The position numbers and the translations under genes were made by a program. DNA of 64,000 nucleotides from Selaginella moellendorffii (taxonomy: Eukaryota; Plantae; Lycopodiophyta): NCBI RefSeq assembly GCF_000143415.4, contig NW_003314292.1, forward strand, positions 799,325 to 863,324. The letters run 5' to 3'. The notes beneath the pieces were generated by a model. That model saw only the letters and a list, made by a program, of their open reading frames with translations, ran no database searches and was not told where the DNA came from. Position 1 is the stretch's first letter. Each line of letters begins with the position of its first letter. Positions 23,579-35,147 of this stretch are shown here, one piece after another.

Positions 23579-24289
23579 ATGGCAATGTCATCAACAGCAG
23601 CAGCTCTCTCGCCAGCTTTTCGCAGCCGTGATTCAATCTGGGGCGAGAAAGTTGTGAGACCAATCTACACTCGACAGCTAGTAGCAGTAGTATCATCATC
23701 ATCAAGGAAAGCTCAGGTGACTGTTCGCGCACAGGGATTTAACTTCTGGGAAATTCTCGGCGGTCGAGGCCTGGGCGAAGACCAGATGACGTCCATAAGC
23801 AACGAGAGGCCCCTCTTCAAAGACGCGGTTTTGAGCAGCGAGAAAACGGATGCTCGAAACAAGAAAGAAGAAGAAGAAGATGGTGATTTTGAGAAGGAAC
23901 TTGGTGGTCTAACAGGCGGCTTCCCTGGCGGCGAGACCGGGCTCATAGATTTCCTGCTCAAGAATCCTCCACCGGCAAAGCCACTGGTACTGTCCGAAGA
24001 GATTGAAAAGATTCGCAAGGAGATTCCGGGGCCGGGAGTCAAGCCGAGGCCAGCGCCGCCACCGCTGCTCATGCCGGGAATGACTGTCATCGTGAAGAAT
24101 CCCAAGAACCCATACTATATGTACACGGGGATTCTCCAGAGGGTGACGGACGGCCGAGCTGGGATTTTGCTCGAGGGTGGCTGCTGGGATAAAATGCTCG
24201 CGATCGAGCTCAAGGACTTGGAGCGCTCCAAGCCACCACCAATGACCAATCCCAAGTCGGCCATTCTTCTCGAGGACGAGGAAAAGTGA
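23579..24289 (+). CDS. NdhS: Chloroplast NDH complex subunit S (CRR31, SH3-like ferredoxin-binding)
   Basis: Ser/Arg-rich transit peptide, FNFWEILGGRGL, GGFPGGE and LLMPGMTVIVKNPKNPYYMYTGILQRVTDG...EGGCWDK. Confidence 0.93.
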   Translation: MAMSSTAAALSPAFRSRDSIWGEKVVRPIYTRQLVAVVSSSSRKAQVTVRAQGFNFWEILGGRGLGEDQMTSISNERPLFKDAVLSSEKTDARNKKEEEEDGDFEKELGGLTGGFPGGETGLIDFLLKNPPPAKPLVLSEEIEKIRKEIPGPGVKPRPAPPPLLMPGMTVIVKNPKNPYYMYTGILQRVTDGRAGILLEGGCWDKMLAIELKDLERSKPPPMTNPKSAILLEDEEK

Positions 24290-24814
24290 GCTGTCCATGT
24301 CATAGTTGACGTGCTGACGTGTCCGGGGGAAAGATGACTTGGCCACGTCATAGCGTGCTATGTGGCCTGAGTTGAGTCGTGAGGCAGTGAGAAACGCTGT
24401 TCCACACGCCTCTTTGTTTGGTGGGTATTCCACTGAGAATCTGGACCAAAGAAAACATTGAGGTCATTTTCACTATGGTGGAGAGAGCACTTCATGGTAG
24501 AAGCATAGAAAAATTTGCCCAGATTTCTTCACGCTATATGGCTACAGAGGCTATAAAGATTGGATCGGGTTCCTTTCCAATACATTGGAACATTGCATTG
24601 TCACGAAGATCTCTCGATTGTCTTGCTTGTTTCTTTATACTTCTTGTTGGAACAATGCCGTAAAGGAGGTTTCGCTAGTTTTCGTACAAAGATAAAAAAC
24701 CGTGGGATATTCCTCAGATGAGCCTTGGAGTACGGACTCGGCATGCTAGCAAGAACAAGAGGAGCCAGCGGGAAGTAGAGGAGGGAGGAAGATTAGGGTT
24801 TGTGTGGATGCGCG

Positions 24815-26314
24815 ATGGCGGAGGGGATCGACATGCACACCCGCGGCGATGCCGGCGGCGCCGTGACGGAGTCTCTGCTATGGAGCGATGCGGTGGCGGC
24901 GCAGCAGCCGTGGAGGCTCAGCCTCCGCCGCCCCGATCGCGTCGATGTGGCGCCTGATTCGCCGCGGAATTCCATGCACGATTGCCTCAAGAAGTGTAAG
25001 CTATCGATTGATTTGGTAGTTCTTTTGGTTCTTTCTGGCGAAATCGCTCACACATCGCGATATTTCGGCAGGGTCGACCACTCCAGTGGATGAGTTCTAT
25101 CAGCAGCAGCTCGAAATGCTCGATTCCTTCTCGGAGCTGGACAGCATTCAAGACCGAGGGCCAATGTCCGCCGGTGACAAGGAGAAGAAGGATGAGACTG
25201 CGCGGCGCGAGACGATGGCTATCCGGATCTCAAACCTGGCGAATATGGTGCTCTTCGCGGCCAAGGTATATGCATCGATTCGCAGCCGGTCTCTCGCTAT
25301 CATCGCGTCGACGCTGGATTCGTTGCTGGATCTCTTGTCCGGCTTCATCCTTTGGTTCACTGCCTTTTCGATGCAACGGCCGAATCCATATCTCTATCCC
25401 ATTGGGAAGAAGCGAATGCAACCACTGGTGAGCAAAGCTTTCTTCTTCTTTTCGGTCGCTCTCTTTTCTTACGAGTGGCCTTTTCTTTTTCGTGCTACCG
25501 CAGGGGATTCTTGTGTTTGCTTCCGTGATGGCGACTTTGGGACTACAAATTCTCCTTGAATCCGGGCGGAAGCTCATCAACAATGTACACGTTTTTCTCT
25601 TTTCCTGTTCTTTTGGCGTCGCTTTTCTCATAGAAAAAGAAAAAATTGATATCTTGCAGGATCATGACTTGGCATTGGACGGTAGCAGGCGCGATTGGGT
25701 GATTGGGATCATGGTGTCGGTCACTATTGTGAAGTTACTTCTCATGATCTACTGCCAGTCGTTCAAGAACGAGATCGTGCGAGCCTACGCGCAAGATCAC
25801 TTCTTCGATGTGATCACCAACGCAATCGGGCTGGTTGCGGCGGTGCTCGCTGCTCGCTACTTCTGGTGGATCGATCCGACCGGCGCCATTGTTGTAAGTA
25901 CACTGGATGGCTTTCTTAAAGTTTTGATTCTTTGTAGATTTTTCTGAGTGGTTCTTGGCGCAGCTCGCGCTTTACACGATTAGAACTTGGTCGGTCACAG
26001 TGCTAGACAACGTAAATTCGCTGGTGGGCCGGACGGCGTCCCCGGACTATCTCCAAAAGATCACGTACTTGTGCTGGAACCACCACGAAGAGATTCTCCA
26101 GATTGACACGGTTCGCGCTTACACATTTGGCTCTCACTATTTCGCCGAGGTGGATATAGTGCTGCCCAGACATATGCCTTTACAGCAGGCTCACGATATC
26201 GGCGAATCTCTCCAGAACAAGCTGGAATCTTTGCCGGATATCGAGCGAGCATTCGTCCATCTCGACTATGAGGTCTCCCACAGGCCAGAGCACTCGAATT
26301 ACGACGATGCCTGA
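24815..26314 (+). CDS. MTP11: Metal tolerance protein, Mn-CDF group (MTP9/10/11-like), multi-exon
   Basis: [54 protein letters not shown] and [10 protein letters not shown]...HRPEH. Confidence 0.9.
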
Positions 26315-26493
26315 CAAAAATTAAAAAATTAGAAAATTACCATTTTACCAGAGAAATGTACACTTAAATAAAAGTAAAATGAGAAAAGAATCTTGCACTG
26401 TTTTATGGTTCATTTTTCCACCTTTACAAACCAAAAATAACCGTTTGACCTTTTTACTACATCTAGAGTGAAAAAATCTTTAAAAAGTAAAAT

Positions 26494-26789
26494 GGACGTT
26501 CCTGGGAATGGTCGCGCTGGGAAGCCGCGAGCTGGGCGTGCCCAGTGCGACACCGCACGCGCGACCACCGCGGTAGCACAACAACCGGATATTCCCCCAT
26601 GGCCCGGTACCGGTTGCCACCGGGCATCGGTCCTTGTTTTGAAGTGGGGAAAGGAACCGGAAGAAAAACCCCAAGAGGCATCACACTGCTTGCGCAGGTG
26701 GAACCGGTTTAGGGTTTCAGGTACAACAAGTATACCTGTGTACCCCCAAGCTGGGGCCATGCCGGTACCGGACCCTTCCAGGAACGTCC
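26494..26789. mobile_element. Possible MITE / non-autonomous DNA transposon remnant
   Basis: Inverted repeat GGACGTTCCTGGGAATGGTC ... GACCCTTCCAGGAACGTCC with internal reiterated CCGGTACC/GGAACCGG motifs. No TSD identified. Confidence 0.4.
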
Positions 26790-27006
26790 CCGGTAGTGAC
26801 AATGACTCGATGTGGGGCGCTTATAAAGAGGTGGACCAAAGCTGTGCCTTGGCATATGGGATATTAAGAAGGAGACGTGGCAGCACGAGGGTGACGCTAG
26901 GGTTTATATTTTGTAATTTGGAGGGAAGTCTCGAGGGCTTTATATACTGCGGTGACGACCCACATTGTGGGTTCTTGCTCGTCGTCTGCGCCAGGTGATT
27001 TTTTCG

Positions 27007-27160
27007 ATCGGTGAGGGCGGCATTTCACTCCAGGGTATCGATCGCTCCGGCTCTGACGATGATCGGTGAGGGTTTGTGAGCGGCATTTCACTCCAGCGTC
27101 TCGATCGCTCCGGCTTTGAGATGATCGGCGAGGGTTTGGGAGCGACATTTCACTCCAGGG
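27007..27160 (+). repeat. Three ~55-62-bp tandem units in the 5' region of the SNF2 pseudogene
   Basis: GATCGGTGAGGG...CGGCATTTCACTCCAG...TCGATCGCTCCGGCT x3. Only one unit lies in front of the intact copy (~30844-30898). Confidence 0.8.
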
Positions 27161-27189
27161 CATCCAAGGCTTGATCGATCGGCTAGTTC

Positions 27190-30100
27190 TATGGATGATG
27201 GCTGAGGCCAGGCTGCTCGCGGCAGGCAAGCGCCATTGGATGAGGAGCAGGATGCCGGAACTATGTGTTGGGAGAACGATGCACGATTTTTTGAAGACTG
27301 GGATGAAGGCGCGTCCTCAGGTAGGCTTGGTTTTCTTTCGTAGCAAGTGTGCTCTCATCATACAAAGAAAAACTACTTTTCGTTCCCACGTAGTTTCTGC
27401 TGCCAGAGAGGAATCTATCAGACCAAAGCAGTCAGGTAGGCTTGCTTGCGTATTCGATTCTACTATTCTACGAAGCTCTTTAACTTTCTTTCCAAGTGTA
27501 GTTTGGGATGAGTCCTCGACATCGTCAGGTAAGCTTCATTTTCATTTCGTGGAAGGTGACATGATTTCTATCAATGCAGCTCCCACTGTCAGGGGGGAAA
27601 CAGCTTCCTCAGGTACATTTTAGTTTTGTCTACGTAGAAAGCTGGAAGCTCATATGTTTTTTTTTTTCTTCTTTTTTTTTTCTGTAGTTTGTACTGCCAG
27701 GGATGATTCACCTCTTCGAATGGCCTCGGAACTTGGTCCTGCTCAACTGGTAGAGCTGCCAAGCGTTTCCAACGAACGTTTCGACGGTGTTGGCTATCTT
27801 CTGTGCGATAAACTTGGTTCCATGTCGCTGACGATGAAGCAGCAAGTGTCTAGAGATACTTTCGCCGCCAATACCGTAGGTTATGAATCGTCCGACACGT
27901 CCGCGTCCGATCTAGTACTGGGTGAAGGAAGGTGGAAATTCATCCTCCCCGGGAATGTTTCTTCTATCTTCTATGAGCATCAACATGAAGGTCTACGTTG
28001 GCTGTGGAGATTGCATCTTCAGCGTCGAGGAGGAATTCTGGGAGACGACATGGGCCTTGGCAAAACAATGCAGGTAAAAACCTTTTCTTTTTTATGCTTC
28101 TGCAGTTCTAATCTATCCTTTCTCAGATTGCTTGTGGTCTGTTTCACTCTCAGCTTATGAAGAGGGCGCTCATTGTGGTGCCGAAGACATTAATACCTCA
28201 CTGGAGCAAGGAGCTCAATGTGGTGGGACTTGGAAGGAAAGTTAAAGAGTAAGCGACCGGAGTATTGTTCAAGTGACATATGCTACTCCTTTCTTTTGTC
28301 TTACAGCTACTCGACGTCGTCTGTAAACGTCCGGAAATCGAACTTGGATCATATATTGCACGTATACTCACTCTCATATCTACATCCGTGCATATCAGTG
28401 TTGCCATTGCAACAGGCCGGAGGAGTGCTGTTTACCACATATGATATTGTTCGCCACAATACCAATGCTTTGAAAGGTAAGTTTGATGGTGATCAAGTGA
28501 CATGGGACTACGTAATTCTTGACGAGGTGAGACGATTTCTCTTTGCCGTGCTTCTCATTCACGTGAAACGTGCAGGGCCACCTGATAAAAGATCCCTCAA
28601 CTCAACGTGCAAAAAGTTTAAAGGAAATTCCGAGCGCTCATAGAATCATTTTAAGTGGCACTCCCATACAGAACAATTTGCGAGTGAGATTGATTCGGAA
28701 GCCTCTGATAAAAAATTTCGACTAAACACCTCTTTCTAGGAAATGTGGGCCCTTTTCCACTTTTGCTACCCTGAACTTCTAGGCGACAGAAAAGAGTGCG
28801 TTTTCAATGTGCTTTCGTTGGCTCTTACGCTTAACTTTGTAAGTTACCGCAGATTCAAGTGGGAATACGAAGCTGCGATTTTGAGTGGTAATAATAAGGA
28901 TGCAAATTATATTCAAAAGGGAAATGGAGCTACAGTTGCGCAGGTATGACAATAATCAAGTTATCCTGTTTTTGAGTTGGTTTTGCAGAAGCTTCAAGAC
29001 AGAATTGCCCAGTACTTTTTGCGTCGCCTGAAGAAGGATGTTTTTCCGAGTATGGGTCAAGGCACACAGCAGCTTGCAAAGAAGAACGACATAATTGTAT
29101 GGCTGCGATTGACTCAACGACAGGTACGTAAGATGTTGCATTTTTTCTGTCTACTATCTCGTGCTTTTCTCAGCGTCAGATGTCTATGGCGCTTTTGAGA
29201 AGTGAAACAGCCCACGAATTCCTGGCAGGTTCAGACATCTTATTAGCATTGACGGTATTTGAAATCTTATTCAAGATGTTCTTAATGAGAATGTCCGAAT
29301 TACAGATTCTTAAAAGAATTTGTGACCACCCTTCGCTTTTGACAAAGCAGGAGATCGACGATGTGGTCGGGTATTTAGATAGTACCGGCACTGCGGCCGC
29401 AGAGGCTATGGGAAAATCACTTCCTGCTGGTTCAGCAGAATCTGAGCCGGACAGTGAGGGAAATAAACACTCGTGCAAGGTCGTATTTCTTATGGCTCTT
29501 CTGGTAAGTTGGTGCTGAAGTTATACAACTTATAAATTTTTTATTTTTGTTGAAGGAAAATCTTGTGCAGGAGGGCCATAGAACATTGGTCTTCGCTCAG
29601 GCTCTTAAGATGCTTGACATTATCCAGGTGCGTCACATATTTTGACTGCGTCAGAGAGTCGTTGAGGTAAGCGTCAGAGAATCGTTGAGGTAAGCCACGG
29701 ATGGATTTAGCTTGACTGACTTATTCTATTGCAGGATTTCCAGAGTGATGGCTGTAGAGTTTCCATATTTCTGTTGACATCACAAGTTGGAGGATTTGGA
29801 CTCACGTGCAGATAGAGTTGTCATTGTAGATCACTTTTTAGGTTTTTTCACGTTGGGTGTTCTTTCCTTTTCTCTTTTTGTGATTCTGAACAAGTATAGC
29901 ATATCGCATTGGGCAACGTCGGGACATCATAGTTTACCGCCTGATAACATCCGGCAGAATGGAGGAGCAGGTTTACAGGAGGCAGGTGAGCCAAACTGTA
30001 CAATGTTTTCTATTCCTCCCATCTGTTTTCAGGTTTTCAAAGGAGGCCTCATGAAAATTGCTACCGAGCGTGCAGAACAATTCCGGGTACTTTTCCCAGC

Positions 30101-30565
30101 AGGTATTGTATCATTGGACCGATCACTCACATTGTTTTGTCAGGACTTCCGAGAATTATTGACTGTTCCGAAGACTGGCTTCGACATTTCTCCTACGCAG
30201 CAGCAGCTGTATGCAGAGCACGCCAGTCAGTTCGAAGTGTATGTTATTTGCATGAGTTTTATTCCCCGCATTGTGACACCATTGTGGCAGAGATGGCGAA
30301 CTCGCAAAGCATATCAAGTTCCTGGAACGCCAAGGAATCGCAGGCGTGAGCCACCACGACCTTTTGTTTTCCAAGGCTGCGCCAGAATTGCGTCCTGACG
30401 CCGATGAAGAAGTCTCTGCCATCGCCAGCTTCTAGCATCTTTGTTCTGGTTTCGCATCCTTGCTAATGTCTTTCCGGTTTTCTTACAGCTATGCTGTGCA
30501 TAAGACTCGAAAGAACTGCTGGAAGGGAACACGAGAAGTCAACAGGACAGGTCCTCCATGCTAAG
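27190..30565 (+). pseudogene. Decayed tandem duplicate of CHR24-like SNF2 helicase
   Basis: Colinear with 30914-34850 but lacks the [15 protein letters not shown] exon, has a 7-bp deletion in [10 protein letters not shown], lacks PAWNP and has a truncated 3' end. Confidence 0.88.
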
Positions 30566-30913
30566 TTTTGACCCATACATACTTCCACTGAAACTTAGAA
30601 ATCCTTGAAATTTTTTATTTGGATGAACATCTTCAATTGTAGGTGGAAGATACCAGGGTATATGTGAAAAAGAATATACTTATAATATGTGAGAGCATGT
30701 ACACGTGCCAAATATTATGGTGAAGCTAGGGTTTATATTTTGTATTTTGGAGGGAAGAGCATGTTTAGGGCTTTAGGGTGCCGCGATTGATCGATGGAGG
30801 CGCAGTGATTAGGCGGCGCGCCAAGGGCATTGCGGTGAATTTCGACTGAGGGTTTGTGCGGCATTTCTCTCCAGGCTGTCGATCGCTCCGGCTGTGACTG
30901 TTCAGCTAGTTCT

Positions 30914-33900
30914 ATGGATGATGACGATGTCCAATTCGTTCGGAGCAAGCGGAATCTCAAGAATGCGCAGAGAACGGCTCTATTGGAGAAGATAGCTGAC
31001 GCCAGGGCCGCTCGCGGTAGGAAAGCGCCGTTGGATGAGGAACAGGATGCTGGAAGTATGTTTTGGCCGGGCGTGGGAGAGAACGATGCTCGATTGTTTG
31101 AAGACTCAGTCTCAGATGAAGAATGCGCGTCCTCAGGTAGGCCTTAAGTTCGCTCTCATCGTAGAAAGAAAACCTAATTTTTTGTGCCATTTAGTTTCTA
31201 CTGCCAGGAAGGAATCCACCAGAACAAAGCAGTCAGATACATCAGGTAAGCTTGCTCGTGTCTTTCGTTCTAGGAAGCTTTTTAATTTTCTTTTCTTATG
31301 CAGTTTTGCATGAATCCTTGACATCCTCAGGTAGGCTTGCTTTTCTTTCTTTGTGGAGGCTAAAATAATGTTTATATGCAGCTCCCACTGTCAGGGACGA
31401 AACCGCCTCCTCAGGTACACTTCATTTTTGCCTTCGTAGAAAGTTGGAAGCTCATTAAGCATTTGTTTTTTTTTTTGGTAGTATCTACTGCCAGCGAAGA
31501 ACCCGTCAGATCACAGCACTCAGAGGCAAACAACACCAAAGTGCCGGGAAGGAGAAGGCTTTGCAAGGTCAAGGAGCGTCATTCACCCCTTCCAATGGCC
31601 TCGGAACTTGCTGCCGCTCAACTGGTAGAGCTGCCAAGCGATTCCAACGACAGTCATTCGCTAGAAACTGACGACGGTGTTGACTATCTTCTGTGCGAGA
31701 AACTCGGTTCCATGTCGCTGACGATGAAGCAACAAATATCAACGACATCTAGAGACACTTTCGAGTCCGCCAACAGTGCAGACTATGGATCAGCTACATC
31801 GTCTCTCGCGGAGGTGTCCAAGGGGGGCACTGATGACGTTCTCGAGATTTCTTCTTCAAGTTTATCCAAGAAGTCCAACAAGTCAGCTCTCGATCTAGTA
31901 CTTGGTGAAGGAAGGTGGAAATTCATCCTCCCCGGGAATGTTTCTTCTATCCTCTATGAGCATCAACATGAAGGTCTACGTTGGCTGTGGAGATTGCATC
32001 TTCAGCGTCGAGGAGGAATTCTGGGAGACGACATGGGCCTTGGTAAAACCATGCAGGTAAAAAAAAAATTTATATTTGATGTTTTTGCAGTTCTAATCTA
32101 TCCTTTCTCAGATTGCTGCATTTCTTTGTGGCCTGTTTCACTCTAAGCTTATTAAGAGGGCACTTATTGTTGCGCCGAAGACGTTGATACCTCACTGGGG
32201 CAAGGAGCTCAATGTGGTGGGACTTGGAAGAAAAGTTAAAGAGTAAGTGACATCGTTCAAGCTACAGATGTTAATCGTTCTTTTTTGTCTTACAGCTACT
32301 CGGGGACGTCTATAAGCGTCCGGGAATCTAATTTGGATCGTATATTGCAGGTATACTCATTGTGAAATCCGTGTGTCTCATTGTTGCCATTGCGACAGGC
32401 CGGAGGAGTGCTGCTTACTACATATGATATTGTTCGCCACAATACTAATGCTTTGAAAGGTGAATACAACTTTGATGATGATGACGTGACTTGGGACTAC
32501 GTAATTCTTGACGAGGTAAGACGACTCTTCTTTGCTGTGCTTCTCATTTACGTGAAATGTGCAGGGCCACCTAATAAAAAATCCCTCAACTCAACGTGCA
32601 AAAAGTCTGAAGGAAATTCCGAGCGCTCATAGAATCATTATAAGTGGCACTCCCATACAGAACAATTTGCGAGTGAGATTGATGCGGAAATACTTTGATA
32701 GCTTCTATCACTAAACACCTATTTCCAGGAAATGTGGGCTCTTTTCGACTTCTGCTACCCTGAACTTCTAGGCGACCGAAAGGAGTGCGTTTTGAATGTA
32801 CCTTCGCTGGTTCTTATGCTTAACTTTGTAAGGTGCAGATTCAAGGCGAAATACGAAACTATGATTTTAAGTGGCAACGATAAGAATGCAACCGATAGGC
32901 AAAAGAGAATTGGAGCTGCCGTTGCGCAGGTATGAAAACATTCAAGTTATCCTGTTTTTGAGTTGGTTTTGCAGGAGCTTCAAGACAGATTTGCTCCGTA
33001 CTTTTTGCGTCGCCTGAAGAAGGACGTTTTTCCGAATACCGGTGAAGAAACACAGCAGCTTGCAAAAAAGAATGACATAATTGTATGGCTGCGATTGTCT
33101 CAACGTCAGGTACGTAAAAGTTTGAAGTTTCTCTGTCTACTAGCTTGTGCCTGTTTTCAGCGTCAAATGTACACTGCGTTTTTAAGAAGTGAAACAGCCC
33201 AAGGGTCCCTGGCAGGTTCAGCCAAGGGTTCTGCTTTAGCAGCATTGACGGTATTTGAAATCTTATTTAAGTTATTCCTAGTATTGATGTCCGAATTGCA
33301 GATTCTCAAAAAAATTTGTGACCACCCTTTGCTCTTGACAAAGCGGGCGACTGACGATGTGGTGGAGGGCCTCGAGTATTTAGATAGTACCGACATTGCG
33401 GCCGCAGAGGCTATGAGAAAATCGCTTGCTGGTTTAGCAGAGCCCGAGCCGGACAGTGATGGAAATAAACACTCGTGCAAGATCGTATTTCTTATGGCTC
33501 TTCTGGTGAGTTGGTGCCGAAAAGTTACAACTTATATTTGTGTATTTTTGCTGAAGGAAAATCTTGTGCAAGAGGGCCATAGAACACTGGTGTTTGCTCA
33601 GACTCTTAAGATGCTTGACATTATCCAGGTGCGTCACATATTTTTACTGCCTTAACTGACGTTTTTCTTTCAGGAAGAGATAACGAAACGGAGGTATAGC
33701 TTTTGTCGTATAGACGGCAAAACAAAAGGTTCCGAGCGTCAGAGGATCGTTGAGGTGAGCCACGGTTATGGAATTACTTGACTAACTTTATTCTATTGCA
33801 GGATTTCCAAACTGATGGCTGTACAGTTTCTATATTTCTGCTTACATCTCAAGTTGGAGGATTGGGACTTACGTTGACAGCTGCAGATAGAGTTGTCATT

Positions 33901-35079
33901 GTAGATCCGGCTTGGAATCCCAGGTTCGGGTTCACTTAAGTTTTTCTTCATTTTTGTACGTATATTTGTAGCAAGGACAACCAAAGTGTCGACCGAGCAT
34001 ATCGTATTGGACAGCTTCGGGACGTCATAGTTTACCGCCTGATGACATCCGGCACATTGGAGGAGAAGATTTACAGGAAGCAGGTAAGCCAAGCTGTGCA
34101 TATGGTTTTTCAATCCTCCTATCTCTTTTCAGGTTTTCAAAGGAGGCCTCATGAAAGTTGCTACCGAACGTGCAGAACAATTCCGATACTTTTCCCAGCA
34201 GGTATAGACGAAACAGCCGATCACTTACATTGTTTTGCGCTCGCAGGACTTCCGAGAATTATTGACTGTTCCGAAGACTGGTTTCGACATTTCTCCTACG
34301 CAGCAGCAGCTGTATGAAGAGCACGCCAGTCAGTTCGAAGTGTATGTTATTTGCATGAGTTTTATTCCCATCAGCATTGTGACACCATTGTGGCAGAGAC
34401 GAAGAACTCGCAAAGCATATTAAGTTCCTGGAACGCCAAGGAATCGCAGGCGTGAGTCACCACGACCTTTTGTTTTCCAAGGCTGCGCCAGAATTACCTC
34501 CTGCCGCCGATGAAGAAGTCTCTGCCACCGCCAGCGTCTCAAGGTTTGCATGAGTAGCATTTACTCTCGAGCCTTCTCACACAACAGATAATGCTACTTC
34601 ACAGGATGGCTGGCTCGCTATCTTCCAAACTAAAAAATAAGCAAGTGGAGGACTACTCTGGGTAAGTATCTTTTCTGCTTTTACATCCTTGCTAATGTAT
34701 TTCGGGTTTTCTTACAGCTCTGCTGCATATCAGCCGCAAAGCAACTACTGGAAGGGAACGCAAAGAGTGAATCTGGTGGACCTTGATGATAGCCAGATGA
34801 ACGTGAGACATTTGCAAGATAACATCAATAGGCTGTCCTCCATGCTTTCAAACCGTGTGAGTGTTGGCATCATTCTTATCCCGTGAGCCTAACTCTTATC
34901 CCTTCTCTCTTGTTGTTTAGAGCCTGGTGTCAAAGCTGCCGGATGGGGGAGAAAACATCAGGAAGAAAATGAAAGACCTGGAAATCGAGCTTGAAGAAGC
35001 AAGCCGCGCGCGAGAGAAAGAGATAGTCGACGTGGACGAGTTTGCTAGTGCATTTGACAAGCTTCACGTCATTGTTTGA
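30914..35079 (+). CDS. CHR24: SNF2-family helicase, CHR24/ERCC6L(PICH)-like, multi-exon
   Basis: [85 protein letters not shown] and EEKIYRKQ. Confidence 0.9.
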
Positions 35080-35147
35080 TTGATCGATCAAAAGATGTTA
35101 GCTTTACAACAAGGTGGTGTTAGTGGTGTGATACATCGTCGTTATTT

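Noticed and set aside
26455-26798. CACTA element (TACTAC ... GTAGTG)
   Set aside because: The left end is imperfect, there is no 3-bp TSD, and the TIR match does not extend at those positions.
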